Shown here: positions 12,102-25,715 of the stretch, piece by piece
How the letters are laid out: every line of letters begins with the position of its first letter
Position numbering within the stretch: the stretch's first letter is position 1
NCBI GenBank assembly: GCA_964057225.1
Contig: OZ059898.1
Coordinates: 13,640,001-13,704,000 of the forward strand
Length of the DNA: 64,000 nt
Direction of reading: 5' to 3'
Source: Auanema rhodensis
Lineage: Eukaryota > Animalia > Nematoda
Notes under the pieces: model-generated
Databases searched by the model: none
What the model was told of the DNA's origin: nothing
Seen by the model: only the letters and a program-made list of their open reading frames with translations
Program-made: the position numbers and the translations under genes

Positions 12102-15100
12102 TTTGATATCTGCAAAAAGATTGATTGGAATTTCATATTCATATAAATTTGAGAAAAAAAGAAAAAACAGTTAATTAGCCTTAGATTATGTAATGGAAAA
12201 CGTATAGCATTGATATATAGATACATACATGAGAAAGGAAATATAGAGAGTAGAAGAGATTGGAAGAGAAGTAGAGAGATAAAGAAAGAATGAGAGATTA
12301 GAAGAATACAAAAGAAAACGAGAGAAACAACATAAGATTACTGTAGACAGTCTCACTGATAAGAGAAGAGATGAAGACAAAACGAGACGAGCAGGGGCCT
12401 TCAACAGGTCTTCTAATCGAAATTCCATTCAAGACAAATGGGACCAAATAAAATGAAAAACAGAAAGAATCAAAAGACCTTATGGTTTGCGAGGTTCAAG
12501 AAATCACAAACGCATTGTTTACGAGAAAAAAAGACAAAATTGCTGTCTTGTTTCTTTGAAAAGATGTAGGTGCTTGTAAACATGCTATCATGAGGACTCG
12601 AAGAAACACATTCTACTTAGGGGACCTCGAGGTGATTTCAATGTCACGTTCAACTTCTTATGGATAGTTTCATCAAGTTCAACTTAATTTATTTTAGCTC
12701 TCAGAGATAATGTTGGCTCAAAAGTTCATACGTTCTTTGAGAACAGTTGAACTTAACGTGGCGAAAGCATGAAACGGTTCCGTAAGCGGATAATCAGACT
12801 GTAATCGGAGGCATACATAAACCAATAGACCATATATGGCTTCATAGCATTAACTGGAGATCAGAGACATGAGCAAAATTAAAAGAAAAAGCTGTGTGAA
12901 GTAGCCATGATGAAAAGAAGAAGACGTCTCGGAGAAGAAATAACGTCACGTGATTGGCATTCATATGGCCCTCTACCGAGGTTTCCATATCAAGAACACA
13001 ACAAAATGATAGATTTTTGCCTGAGGGCATTACATTCAAATACAAAACTATGAGCTTTAACAAGAAAATGAAACGATGTAGAAGAGTAATGAGTGAGAGT
13101 TGCCAATTCGAGGTTCTACAAGGCAATTCACATACTTGCGTAAGGAATTAAGCCGCTTAGCTGTGGATCCCGACGCTCCTTAGAATAACACTGTGGACTG
13201 ATAACATCAATCGATCACACAGAGACTATCAGGGAGGGGAAAGTATGAAGTAGAGTCAGAAAAATGAATGAAAACGGAGAAAATGGGTGGTGAGATGAGT
13301 AGAGAATACAGAGAAATACTGTTCAACTAACAAAGAGTTGCAGAGGGTCCAAGAGAAATGAAAAGGAAAGATAATGAGAATGAAGAGATGCTGAGATAGA
13401 AACTGATGGAAAGAGTGAGAGGTACAGATACGATTATGTGAACACAGTGATAATACCAGGGACAGACGTATACATTGCATGAACCACCACGTATTGTGAT
13501 GGGTTACGGTAAGAGTGGTACTATGTCTATAACTGAGATTGTGAATATAGTTTGTGAGTTGAAGATGAATAAGAGAGAAAAGTTGCATAAAATTCATAAA
13601 GAGAGAAAGAAAGAGAGAGAGAGAGAGAGTGAGAGAGAAGAGCCGGTTGTGTGTGAAGAACTTTTTGGAAATTTTCAGGTTTTGGTGTTATAGTTATATG
13701 TTAATAATATATGAGAGAAAGATGGAAAAGTAGACAAGCCTAAGCTGGTCACTAAAGTGTTAAAACTCTAAAAACCTGGAAAATCTAAGATAGTAACTGC
13801 TCATCTTGTCGTCAAAACATTGGAAAAGGAATGTACAGTTAGATGGCATTATTGCATTGTTATTAAGTAAAGTGAGATGAAGAAAAAGGAGCTTAACTAG
13901 ACGAGAAGGAGCCAAGCTCCTCCTGTTTCTTCAATTTTTTTGAATCTATCTATCAGAAGCGAATTATGTATGACGACAGCCGTATAAGCTTCTCTTCATC
14001 TGATTTAGATGCATAATATCAACGTAACAGTTGGCATTAGATGTCCAAATAAGGAAAAAACGTTTTGACAATATAATCCTGAGGCTACAAAATCAAAATA
14101 TTAAAAAGGAATTTGTGTTTTTGGTTGATGAAACGTTGAAATGCATGATGTCGTCAAAACAGAAGCTCTCGTTTGGTGAATGTGCTGAACGTTCATAATC
14201 GAAATCAGGCGATTGTGTGACGTCGAAAAGAGCATATAGCATAGGAAAAGGCTTCGTTCATGAATCATTTCAGAGTATTAGAAGAAGTCGGATGGCAAAT
14301 GGAGAATAGACAAGAAGATCTACAAAGTGAAAAGAAGAGAGATAGCATAACAACATATAGAAATAAGATAAAAGAAAAAGAGAAAGAAAGAGGGAAAAAG
14401 GAAATAGGAAGGAGGGAGAAGGACCTTGCTAACCTTCTATATCTATGTTAGCATGCCAGGTGATCAATACAATATGATGATCATAAGGATTCAGTTGTGA
14501 TTTAATTATTGAGGAAGAGAAATACATAGAGGCTTCTCCATCACATATATATTATATTGCTTGATATTCACCTTATTCATCTAATTTTGGAAAAAAATGA
14601 AGAAACTAAAACAACTTTTCGATTGAAAGATGAACAACTTGAGCAAATGTCAAGTATTAAGCTTAAAACATTGTCTTATTTGGAATATTTAAAACTCAAA
14701 AAAAGTATTCGATGACTGTTGTTAATTTATTTTATTTATAGAATAACTATAATTTCAAAAAAATAAAATATAATCTAAGATATTTTTGAAAATAATGGTA
14801 AAAATCTACTTAATTTTGCAGATAAAAGTTAATGAAAAAAAATATTGAAGGAAGCTTAGAAAGAAAAGAAACAACTTACATATGTCATCAAGTATATTCT
14901 ATATTTCCATTTAATAAATGAAATGAGAACTTATTGCAAAAGAAATAAAAATACTTAATGATTATTGAAAATGAAAAAGAAAATAGTTGGATCAGTAGGC
15001 AATTTGATGATTTTGTTTTTGTTGGAAAAAAAAATGATTTTTGGACTGAATAATGTAAGTTTAAGAAGAATTAGTTTCTTCTTATATCATGAAAATTCAA

Positions 15101-18100
15101 ATATAACATTGAAATTAGACAATTGACGATTGTTTAACAAGAAACAAGAAAAAATGGATATAAAATGAATTTTTTTCAAAAAGTTTAGGAATGTGAAGAA
15201 GCTGGTACTGAGACTGAGGATGAGCTCACTAATCCGAAGGTTACTCAAACTGTCTTCTGAACTATGTCTGATCCGCCCCCTTAGCCCGAGTACGATCACA
15301 TCCACCATCGCTGGGACCACCCAAATATGGGCGGTCCAATAGTGAATGGGCGGAGTCACGAACAGCCAATAGCAAGTTAGTTTGAATTTTGAATTGAAGT
15401 TCTCAGTAAAATCCAAGAAACTTGTATGAAAGTTTGAAGTTGTGTAAGAATGCAATGCTAGAAAATGATTAATTGAGATGAGGTGTTATAATCAGATTAG
15501 CTAATTGGGTAAAGCTTAGGCTGAAAATCGGAAAAGACGAAAAGTATATACAGAGGCAAAGAACTTAAGTTCTTAAAAGGTTAACAGAGAGAGAAAAAAA
15601 GATGAAGAATGATTTAGCAACTTATGAACAATGGGATTATCTATTTAATCCATATGAGACGCCTAAGCAATAGGTTTAAAATCGATAAGACGAGTGTTAT
15701 GAAGTTCATTTATTTCTATTTGGGTGTCCAAAGCTCGGATTAAACAAAACAGATCAAGCATGTATAGATGATAGATAGAAAGAGAAAAATAAAAATATTT
15801 AGCTGATAGATCTTGAGAGAACACAAGTACGATATACGTACACAGAGAATATCGTGCATTAAGTCGCTTTATCAATCAAACTTTTCAAGTTATCAATCTA
15901 AATTAACTTGAGCGCAATCGGCAAAAAGTTTATTTCAGAAAACACATTACTTCGTAACAACTATGCTGATATGTTTATATATGGTTATATACATATAGTT
16001 AGTAAAAAATGATTAAGTTAATCATCCCTATCACGAAGTTTTTTTTCTGATTCGATACATATAGAGAGGATGAAACAGAATTTTTTTTTCAAATTCATAG
16101 ATATTTAACTATGTGAATAGTCTCATTGTAAATTACGTGAAAAAAAGTTACGACTGTCAATTAAAGGTCAATTAGCACAGAAGGTACGGTAATTAAGAGC
16201 AAAGGAGCTGCAGGTTGTAAACATTCGGCTCGTAAAATAAGACATAACCCTCCATCATTTCACTAAATTCTAATGCCATTTAGACTTTTCAAACTGAATT
16301 TCAAGAATTTGAAAATCAAATGTGAAATATTTGAATGTTTGGTACAATCAAATTTGTAATTGTTATGAAGCGATCTTCCAAAACAAAATAAACTCCAAGG
16401 AAATGATTATGAGGAATTTGAAATGAAATAGACAAAACTTCTAACACTTGAATATATTCGTCAATCATAAATATTTTTAAAAATAAAAAAAATATATTTT
16501 TTTCTTCACAATTCAAAAGAAAAAAAGAAGAATTTGATGAAAATGATCTCTAAAGTTTGTGTCTGACATTGTCCTTGATAGATGAACGAAGTCTAAAACC
16601 GGCACGATTATGAATTTTACCGTATACGGCATTGGATTGAACAGTCAAGCGACTTTTCATTTCTCTTTTTCTCTTTTCATATATATATATATATATATGA
16701 ACATTCATTTCATATCTAGTACTAGTATGTATAGATTCTGATCAAAAAATGAGGCAAAAGAGAGAATGACGAAGTGTTGAGAGAGAAAGAATAAAATGAA
16801 ATGTAAAGCAAAAAGGATTAACTAAAGATTGCCAGAGAAAAAAAGATAGAAGGAGAGAGAGGGATAGCTACTATACTACAGTAACTGAGAGAGAAAGAGA
16901 AAGAGAGAGAGATAGAGGGAGAAAATGAAAGAGAGAGAGAGAGAGAGAGAGAGAGAAAATTGAGTAAAATTGTAGGTGCAAATGGTCATAGAGCAATATA
17001 TGCAAAATTCTGTTTTAAACTCAACTATTTTCTTTTTTTGAAGTAACTATAAAGCCTGATTGAATTGAAATAGAGTTCAATTAGTTTGAGGCAAAAAGAG
17101 GCATAGAAGAAGACATTTATAAGGTTTATAGCCTATATGAAAGGTGATTGAAGGTCGAAAACACTTATGAACATTAAATGAATCCTTCCAACAAAACACT
17201 TAGCAACAATAGCCGTGTTGAGCTTTTTAAAGAAAATTATCAGAATCATGAGCAAGAAAGGGAGGAGTAAGTAAACCTTTTAATCAGTTAAGAATAAAAA
17301 ATGACGTAACGAAATATATACACACATTCGACCGGAAAAGGTCCAGACTGTTCCGTTGTTCTCTCTCTTTCTATCCCTCTTTGCAGGTGTTGATTATCAG
17401 AAATTATACAATACAAAGTATTTAAGGTTATATTGATTACTTTGATATAGTTAGTCAGTCAGTGGTATATTCGTGTTACGGTATATTTTGAGTGACATAA
17501 TATATATAAAATCTAACACATATCTAATCATTGACACCTTATTTGGTGATTATGCTTGAATAATCCAAACATATAGTTGTTTCCTTTAAAAACGGGTCAA
17601 ACAAACGATACAAGGTAAAGGAAGAAAGCAAAGTGGTTCCATAAACTAATGTCATGATTTACGATGTGTTTACTGTATTTTTAACACATCAGGTTGTAAA
17701 ATGCTAATAAACTTCTCTGAATAAGCTTATCAACCTCATGCAATTTATATTTCAATTTTATTTATTTTTTCTTATATAATTTTCTGTTATATTACAATTA
17801 TTTTTCTAATAGTCCAACTGTATTATTTGTAATTTTATCTAGAATATCTTCCTTCAATCGTGTACAGTATTCATGTCCTTACAGCACATACCAGCATATC
17901 AACTCGTGCTGATCTTGCTAATAGCTTTGGTTGGCAGATGAGTTATATCCTTTGGCTACAGACTTCCGTAACACCTGAACTCAGCCTTCGAGCAATACTT
18001 GGGGTATCAACGATGCTGCCAGTTCATATGTCAGATTTTGTAACCATCTAGATGACTTGAGGATATTGAAGGTCGATCATCACCTTCAAGCAAATGACAG

Positions 18101-18208
18101 TTTTGTAGAAAAAAAAGTTTTTAAATTCCAGATTTGCATGAAAAGTTCTTTTATTTCTTCACCTGATTCGCATAACAGCGAAAAATTTTCTAATTTCCAT
18201 TTAGCGTA

Positions 18209-18343
18209 AAAGTTCACGTGTGAGCTATGTGCAATAGGCTGTTCACGTGAAAGTTCACGTACGAGCTGTGTGCAATAGGCTGTTCACGTGAAAGTTCACG
18301 TATGAGGTATGTGCAATAGGCTGTTCACGTGAAAGTTCACGTA
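18209..18343. repeat. Minisatellite, ~3.3 copies of a 41-bp unit containing CACGTG E-boxes
   Basis: Unit AAAGTTCACGTRYGAGSTRTGTGCAATAGGCTGTTCACGTG. AGTTCACG starts at 18211, 18252, 18293 and 18334, an exact 41-bp period. Confidence 0.95.
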
Positions 18344-19390
18344 TAGTAAGTAGGACATTTGATTGTTGAATTATCCGTTATACAAGTCATTGTATTGGAA
18401 AAACTTCATTTTCATTGATAGAGTTTGTTTTTTTTTTTCGATGAAAATCAAAAAAAGTCATGTATTATAGTTAAGATAGATTGAATGAATTTGAATTGTA
18501 AAATAATAATTATATTATTTAGTATTTAGATGATGAAGTATCATAATTAACTGACGAATAACAACTATTCATCAATTGGCGTTTGCTATTCATTTGAAAT
18601 TAATCTCTGTACTCAAAAGGTAGTCATGTCAAGGAAGTCCATCTTGTTTCAGTAATCCGCTCATAAAAAATATGCAAATTTCAAGGTTTTTCCGGTCTTT
18701 TCTCTCTATTTCTCTCAAGGATGTTATAATATTCATTATTCTCTTCCGCTTAACCTTTCAACCTTATTCAATTCATTTCTCTTGATTATAGGATATAGAT
18801 TACTTACTTATATAAAATAGTTTCATTTTTATTTCTCCATATTCATCTCCCTTCTTCTCTCTTTCTCTCTCTCTATCTCTCTCTCTCTCTCTTTTTCTTC
18901 ATCTCTCTCAATCTCACTCTCTATGTCCTGAAGTAGTTGTTACCATTGAAAGTCATCAAAACGATTAGCTTGAGAAAATGGAATAGTTGCCTACCTAAGG
19001 TCATTCGTACGCAAAATCTCACGTATTTAATATAATTTTCAAAATAAATTCTGACAGTTTGTACTCTTCTATATGACGACCTCAATATCATGTTCTCCAG
19101 CTGTGTATGCATATCCATCAGATTCAATAAGATGATGGATTCTACTTCTTCATCTTTTTCTCCTGATTTACTAGCTTTAAGTTCATATTAAATTCATTCG
19201 TTGATCTTCAGTATGGTCTCATTCAACTAGTAGTACTACTACTTCCATCTTTGATCAATCTAATGGAATTCTATCTCCTTCTCTCTTTCCTTACCATACT
19301 TTTCTTCCTTCTTTCTTTCTTTGTCTTCTCACTTCTTCTCTCTCTCTCTCTCTTTCTCTCTTTTTCAAGCTTAATAATTCTTTCTGTTAC

Positions 19391-19520
19391 CTATACATGA
19401 CAGACCTTCATACACAGCACTTTTATCAGGAGTGGACTCTTCGTTCTTCTTCCAAATTTGGCACATTGATTGTTCAAATGAATGTGGGGGACCTTCAGAT
19501 GGTATTGGATGATTATTCAT
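19391..19520 (-). CDS. Isolated putative first coding exon (MNNHPIPSEGPPHSFEQSMCQIWKKNEESTPDKSAVYEG...), possibly an alternative ceh-37 5' exon
   Basis: A TATTTCAG acceptor lies 12 nt before the ATG at 19520. Two candidate donors (exon ends 19406 and 19391) are both phase 1. The segment has coding-like composition within AT-rich flanks. Its partner exon is not established. Confidence 0.4.
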
Positions 19521-21097
19521 TTTGTTATATTTCTGAAATAAAATGAAAATGTTGAATATACTATATGAACTGATTATAAATTTTTTTAGAAAATTGTCAT
19601 TTTTTTTGCAAAAAAAAGAAAAAAATAATGAAGAAATAAATACAATCATACAGTATACAGGTAGTATACATACATATGTCTGCTTTTGCAAATTTACTCT
19701 GATACTCAATGACAAGGAGTTTGAAAAGTAAAAAAAAAAGGAAAAAGAAAGAATTCTACTTCGGAACTATAATTTTTCTATCAAAATTAGACTTTTTATT
19801 AGAAATTATCATATATGCAATGTATTTAATCTTCGAATTGTGTTCATAAATCAGATAGTTTTTCATGAAATTCACTCAAATGTAGGAAAGTAAGGAAGAA
19901 AAGTTAACAAGCTAGTATAGTTGCTACCACTATTCTTCTCCTCCCTATGACGTAGAATTTCAATAAAAAATGTGTGGGTGGGTGATGTGAGTGATACAAC
20001 TTTTCCAAGGCATTTGTATCGTCGTGCCTTGATTTGCTTACTTTCCAACAGAAAACTGATAAGAACACGAAGAAAGATTAAAGTAGGGAGGAGCAGAGAC
20101 GATCTTAAAATACAAAAGTTAGAGAGAAAAAGGGGGAGGAGAAGGAAGAGAAAGAGAGAGAATAAAAAAATGAGTGAAAATCAAAGCATAAATAAAGGAA
20201 AATATAGAATATATTTATAATTAAAATAATTTTTGAAAATAATTAACTCTGCATCTCTCGATTTAAGATGATATATAACAAATAGAAGATCAAACTATTT
20301 AAAGAAAAGGGTAAAAGAATCACCAGGATTAGATTCGAAAGAATAATCAGATCAATTATATTTTTTTAAATGAAATTCTGCTTCAGCAAACGGTGAAGAC
20401 TTCTAATTCTAGTCTCTGTTACATTGCTCACAGAACAAGCCTACAGGTAACTAAAAATTTTGCATTTGACCTCATTTCATCTTATGTCCGGATGAAATTA
20501 CAAAGGATCTCATCCGACAATAAGCAGATGCCAGTCGTCGGAATCTTCTACCTGGCACTTCCCGCTTTTCTATCCATCTATTTTCAAATTTTTTAAGGAC
20601 CTTAGTTTAGATTATAGGAAATTCAAAAATAATTTATATACTCTAGTATGGTGTGTATAAACTTTCTTATATGATTAATCATTATATTTAAGCCATGAAA
20701 CTTATAGTTGCAGTTTTTGCCTAATATTTCTTCCAATTCGAACATCTCACAACAGCTTTTTGGTAGTACTCTTTGAAGATAATCATAATTTAATGCTTAT
20801 AAGTTGATTTTGTCCGAACATTTATATAATTTAGAACGTTTATGGACGGCTTAGTGTGTTAATCCGTTAGTTTAAGTACATGATGATAAGAAAGTTGGTG
20901 TGGTGAAATGAAAGAATCTCGTGCTAATCTGATGAATTCATAAAAAGAAAACTATGTTAAGGTGTTACAAATTATTTACATTTTTGGAATAAAGATCATA
21001 ATCTTTGTGAAATTGACAATACTTCACATCTTTTCATGAAATATTCACGTAAAAATTGTTCATAAAAAGATTATGAAAGACTTAAAAAGAAAAAGGA

Positions 21098-21164
<67 letters not shown>

Positions 21165-21193
21165 AAGATAAAGAGAGAGAAGGAGAGAGAGAG
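21098..21193. repeat. Long imperfect (GA)n microsatellite
   Basis: About 95 nt of GA repeats with A interruptions. Confidence 0.95.
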
Positions 21194-22493
21194 GGAAAGA
21201 AGAAAAAAAAACACAAATGAGTGATAATCGTCATGTCAAATATCTTTCCAATATGTCTGCATCCTTAATCGGTGTGAGAGTGTTCCAAAAACGGATTATA
21301 TTATTAATTTCAAATAAAACAAATGAAAATCAAAATGTGAGAGAAGAAGGAGGAGAAGAAGAAGCTTTGTCCAACAAGGCAATTGGTTTTCAACACGATA
21401 AGGAGCGCAAAGACAACAAGATACAGACGCTCATGCTACCGTATAGCCACAGCAGCAGCAACAGCAGACACACTCATAAGCATCGGACTTCATCATGCTT
21501 TTTAGCTTTTTCACTCCTGTTTTGAACAACCAACTAAACGTTATGATTTTACTTTTTAAACCTATCTAAATATGATTATTTGATACCATTTCACAGAAAA
21601 TATTGTACAATACCTTTTCTTTCTCTTCATGCTTTAGCATTTTGATGATTTCCATCAGCTTCTCATCATCATCGTTCTCCAATTTGAAAAATCGAAAATT
21701 GCTGTTTCTTTAAGATTATACAAGTTTTTCAATATATCACATAATAATGAAAATATTAATTTTTTTCATAAAATTAGTCATCAAATTACGCAAATATGTT
21801 TGTAATTCTTCTTCTATTAACTTTAAAAATTTCAGAATATTTTCAAGTTTAATATTTATATTTGAATATACATTAGCATAAATCTTTAAATAATAGCATA
21901 CTGAAAACTGATTAAGTTTGTCAACTTTTCCATTTTTTTTCATTAAAATCAATGTAACTATCTAGCAATTAGAGCTTCTTCTTTCCACCGTTTGATACAA
22001 ATCACTTAAGAAAATATTTCTTTTTTTTTCAGAAAAATTAAATGTTTTTCAAGAAGAAAAATGAAAATAATTAGAATGTTTTGTAATTCTCATACAAGAC
22101 CTTTCATAAGGTTTGTATTGTATGCATAGTTCCGTTATCACCAAATGTGACTTTGTTTTAGCGATAAATCACTCTCACACCCCCATTTATAACCAATCAA
22201 ACGAAGAAATACCAATTGATGGGGGACCATAAATTACTTCATTAATATTAATTATTTAACACCGTTATGTTGGGACCTACATGATTATTTATAAATTTCA
22301 TTGAAATATTTTAAAAAGTTTTATTAAAAAGAAAATAAAAATAATAAATGAAATCTAGTAGAATTAAAAAAAAACTAAATTCAAATATCATTTGATCAAA
22401 GCTATATATACATATGAATATATGAAATTAATAGAAATGTTAACTATATGTATATAGTTAAGAAATGTTTCATAGTTTGAATCTTAAACATGT

Positions 22494-22922
22494 TTAACAA
22501 CACCATGTATGTTCTAATGAAGTTAAGGTAGTTTCATCCGTTGGTTTATCAACCAATTGCTCAAACATGTTTTGGAAATCATTTTCAATTCGAGTTAAAT
22601 AGTCTTCTTTGATTTGTTTACGAAATCGATGAGGTTCCATACCTTCCGGAACTAAGGTAACCTTAATTATATAATTTTAGCATAATAAAGTTGATTATAT
22701 ATTTTAATAAAAATGAAAATAGCATACAGATTGTCCATGATAAAAATCATTAGCATGTCGAATAGCAAAACAGAGAATGGCACAGAATAGAACAATACCG
22801 ATAAGGTTTAATTCATCTCCGTTTGCAGTATTTTTTATTCTAAAATATATTTTATTTTATTTAAAAAGTCTCTTTCTATCTCCAGTTCTTTAATAAATTT
22901 TCAAACACACATTCCTTTTCTC

Positions 22923-22977
<55 letters not shown>

Positions 22978-23105
22978 ATCGTTTCAAGAAAACTAAATGA
23001 TATGAGGTGAACTGACCTGCTGTCCTCACTAGATGCATCTTGTATGAAAGATGCTGATGTAACAGATAGAAGAATACAGTAAATTGTATATTTCATTTTT
23101 GCCAT
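22494..23105 (-). CDS. Small single-pass membrane protein of unknown function (122 aa)
   Basis: Exons 23105-23017, 22839-22728 and 22661-22494 total 369 nt in frame. It has a signal peptide MAKMKYTIYCILLSVTSA, a TM segment LIGIVLFCAILCFAI and a charged tail ending EHTWCC*. Confidence 0.75.
22926..22975. repeat. (TC)n microsatellite in intron 1 of the small membrane-protein gene
   Basis: About 25 CT units. Confidence 0.95.
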
Positions 23106-23506
23106 CAAATCAAAAAATATGATTTTCAAAATAAGAATCAGAATTATCTTAGAATTGTCTTTCTTAATCTTTCATTTAGTCCCACTCAAGACAAACATAT
23201 CACCATTTGACAGATTTTCATAGAATCAACAGAGAATCAATATTTTTTTTGAAAAGAAAAACGATTTAGTCAAACATTTTTTATAATTTATAAGATTAAG
23301 TTTCAAGTTTTAATTTATAACTCATCACTTGGAACTAACAATATTCTGAAATATCATACAACATATAACTAATTATTTAAAAATAAATCATATTTATTGA
23401 TTTTTGTGAAATTTAACCTACAATAAGAAATAAAATCAATAAAAACTAATTTACAAAATAGTAAGAGATAAAAGTAATATTTCCTCAAAATACTTAACGT
23501 TGAAAT

Positions 23507-23991
23507 TCAGATAGCACGCTTCATTGATGCTCTTGTTTTACCAAAAATCATGCTAGAAGAGCCAGGCATGGTAGATGTCGGAGTGGCAAAGTTCGAATTG
23601 AGTGAAGATATTGTGCTAATGGTTGGAGTACATGTTGACATGATTGCCAGGGATTCACGACTACATGATGGAGGTGTATTCTGATGCATAGCTGGAGGTA
23701 GAGACGGTGTTTTGAATACAGGCATCGGATTATTGGACATAGTGTTAGTTGATGTCGCAGGCACAGAAGTTGGAATGTTATTGCTTGAAGCCTTACCAAC
23801 AGCTTTACCTTTCTTACGATCTTGCTTCTACAATATTATTATAATAAATATATATAAAACATGATATGTTAACTATAAATAGTAAGCTAATTATAAGAAA
23901 TACTTACTTTTAATCGACGTGCAAGCATATTTTTCATGAAAATCATATCTTGTGTAGTTACAACAATCTCAGATAAAGGAGAAATCATCAT
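23507..23991 (-). CDS. Small low-complexity Ser/Thr/Pro-rich protein with a basic patch (134 aa), unknown function
   Basis: A TTCAG acceptor lies 4 nt before the ATG at 23991. Exons 23991-23908 (GTAAGT donor) and 23827-23507 total 405 nt in frame. The basic stretch is ARRLKKQDRKKGK. Confidence 0.7.
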
Positions 23992-24399
23992 TGTACTGAA
24001 GAAAATGAAAATTAAAAATAGAAATACAATAAAGAGATTTAGTTAATGGATATCTAACAGAATAATAATAATAATAATAAATTGAATGAAACTAAATTGG
24101 ACAGACTCTGTTCATGTTCATATTTCTCAGCACAGCTCCATAATTAGGTCAGGTTGTCAGAGTTATAAAGCAGACTATAAACTATAAATATTTATAATAA
24201 TGTTAATATATCTTAAAGAATATTTAAAAAAAAATATTTAACATTTACATGAACTTATGAATCTATTAACTATGCTGATTATATGTATGAGAATCATAGA
24301 TTACAAATTATTCAGTATATCTCTTGTTTACTATACATGACATATCAAACAAAATATAAAACAATCAAAATAACTTGTAACGACTCTATGAGTAAGTGA

Positions 24400-24428
24400 A
24401 TGAGTGAGTGAGTGAGTGAGTGAGTGAG
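24400..24428. repeat. (TGAG)n microsatellite
   Basis: About 7 TGAG units. Confidence 0.9.
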
Positions 24429-25715
24429 TATGTGTGTAGATCTATAGAAATTAAAAATATTGGAAAGAAGAATAGTACAACCGTACGCGTAGATATTACT
24501 GCTTCAAATGAAATTCTGAATACTTACGTGAAATGACGTAACTCTCACGTATAATATATTATTATTTATTATAATATATAATATATAAAGAATAAAATAG
24601 AATAAAATATTTATAAAAAATATATTAACCTCTTTCATTCAAAATTGTATTTTTTTTTGTTTGAAAACAAATAAAATAGAAACATATCCTCTCTAAATAG
24701 ATATGAAGTTAAATATTCAATCAATGTTTAGTTTTTAATTTTGTTTTCTGTTTTTATTCAAAAAATATTTTGAAATATCAAATGTTCTTCTCTAATTTGA
24801 ATGTTTATGAAGCCATTGAAAGCTTGCACATTATACATATATCAACTATGTCCAATGTTCAAAAGTGATTGAAATTAAAGAAAAACGATCAAAAACAATT
24901 AGAAAATAAATTTTATTATATATAATTCTTTTTTTTTTATTTTTAACTATTTTTAGTTTCAACTATAAATATGTGTGGACATACAAGTAATAATACTAAA
25001 ACTATTATAGCGTTTCCATGGCTTCCTTTCAATTCTTCTTCATTCTTATTTCAAATATTAAACATAAGTATTTAGAAAAACATTCTTTATTAACTATTTG
25101 CTTTTTCCCTTATATTGTGTAAAAAAAATTTCTTTAATTTATTGGTTTTTTAAAACCAAAAGATGCTTCTTCTTTAACCTTTTAAATTTATTTTACATCT
25201 TTCTTACAAAGCTACTAGCAACATACTCATACTAAACACAAGAAACAAGAAAATGCTTTTTCTATTTGTTTAGACCGTTCGCATACAACATCATTTTCTC
25301 TCGTAAAATTTGAGAAAAAACCTTTTAATTCATCAAATTCTGAATATCTTCTTTCTTTTTCAATGCCGTAATGAATTTCGTTTACTTTCCTGCTCGAGAA
25401 CTTTTAAGCTGAACTATTATTCTTTCATTTTATATTTGGAAATTTAACCAACTTATTCTTATTTTTAACAATATTTTTGTTTACTTTTTCAATTTTATTT
25501 TTACAATACAATGTGTAGTTCTGCTATTTTTTTCTGAATTTTAAAATAGGTTCTCTATATAATATTATCCAGACATACATACATTTATTGAGCAAACACC
25601 TAATATTGAAAAAGATTTTACAGATGTTCAAATATTATAAATCATTTCAGTTATAATTTCTAATATAATCTATGTTAATATTTCTATATTATATATTGTG
25701 GATTATATATTAGAT

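Noticed and set aside
18046-18090. Hairpin TTGAAGGT...ACCTTCAA plus CTAG as a Helitron 3' end
   Set aside because: The CTAG is followed by A rather than T, the stem is AT-rich, and no matching 5' TC end or Rep/Hel remnant was found.
18209-18343. CRISPR-like array
   Set aside because: The context is eukaryotic and the units are contiguous near-identical repeats with no unique spacers.
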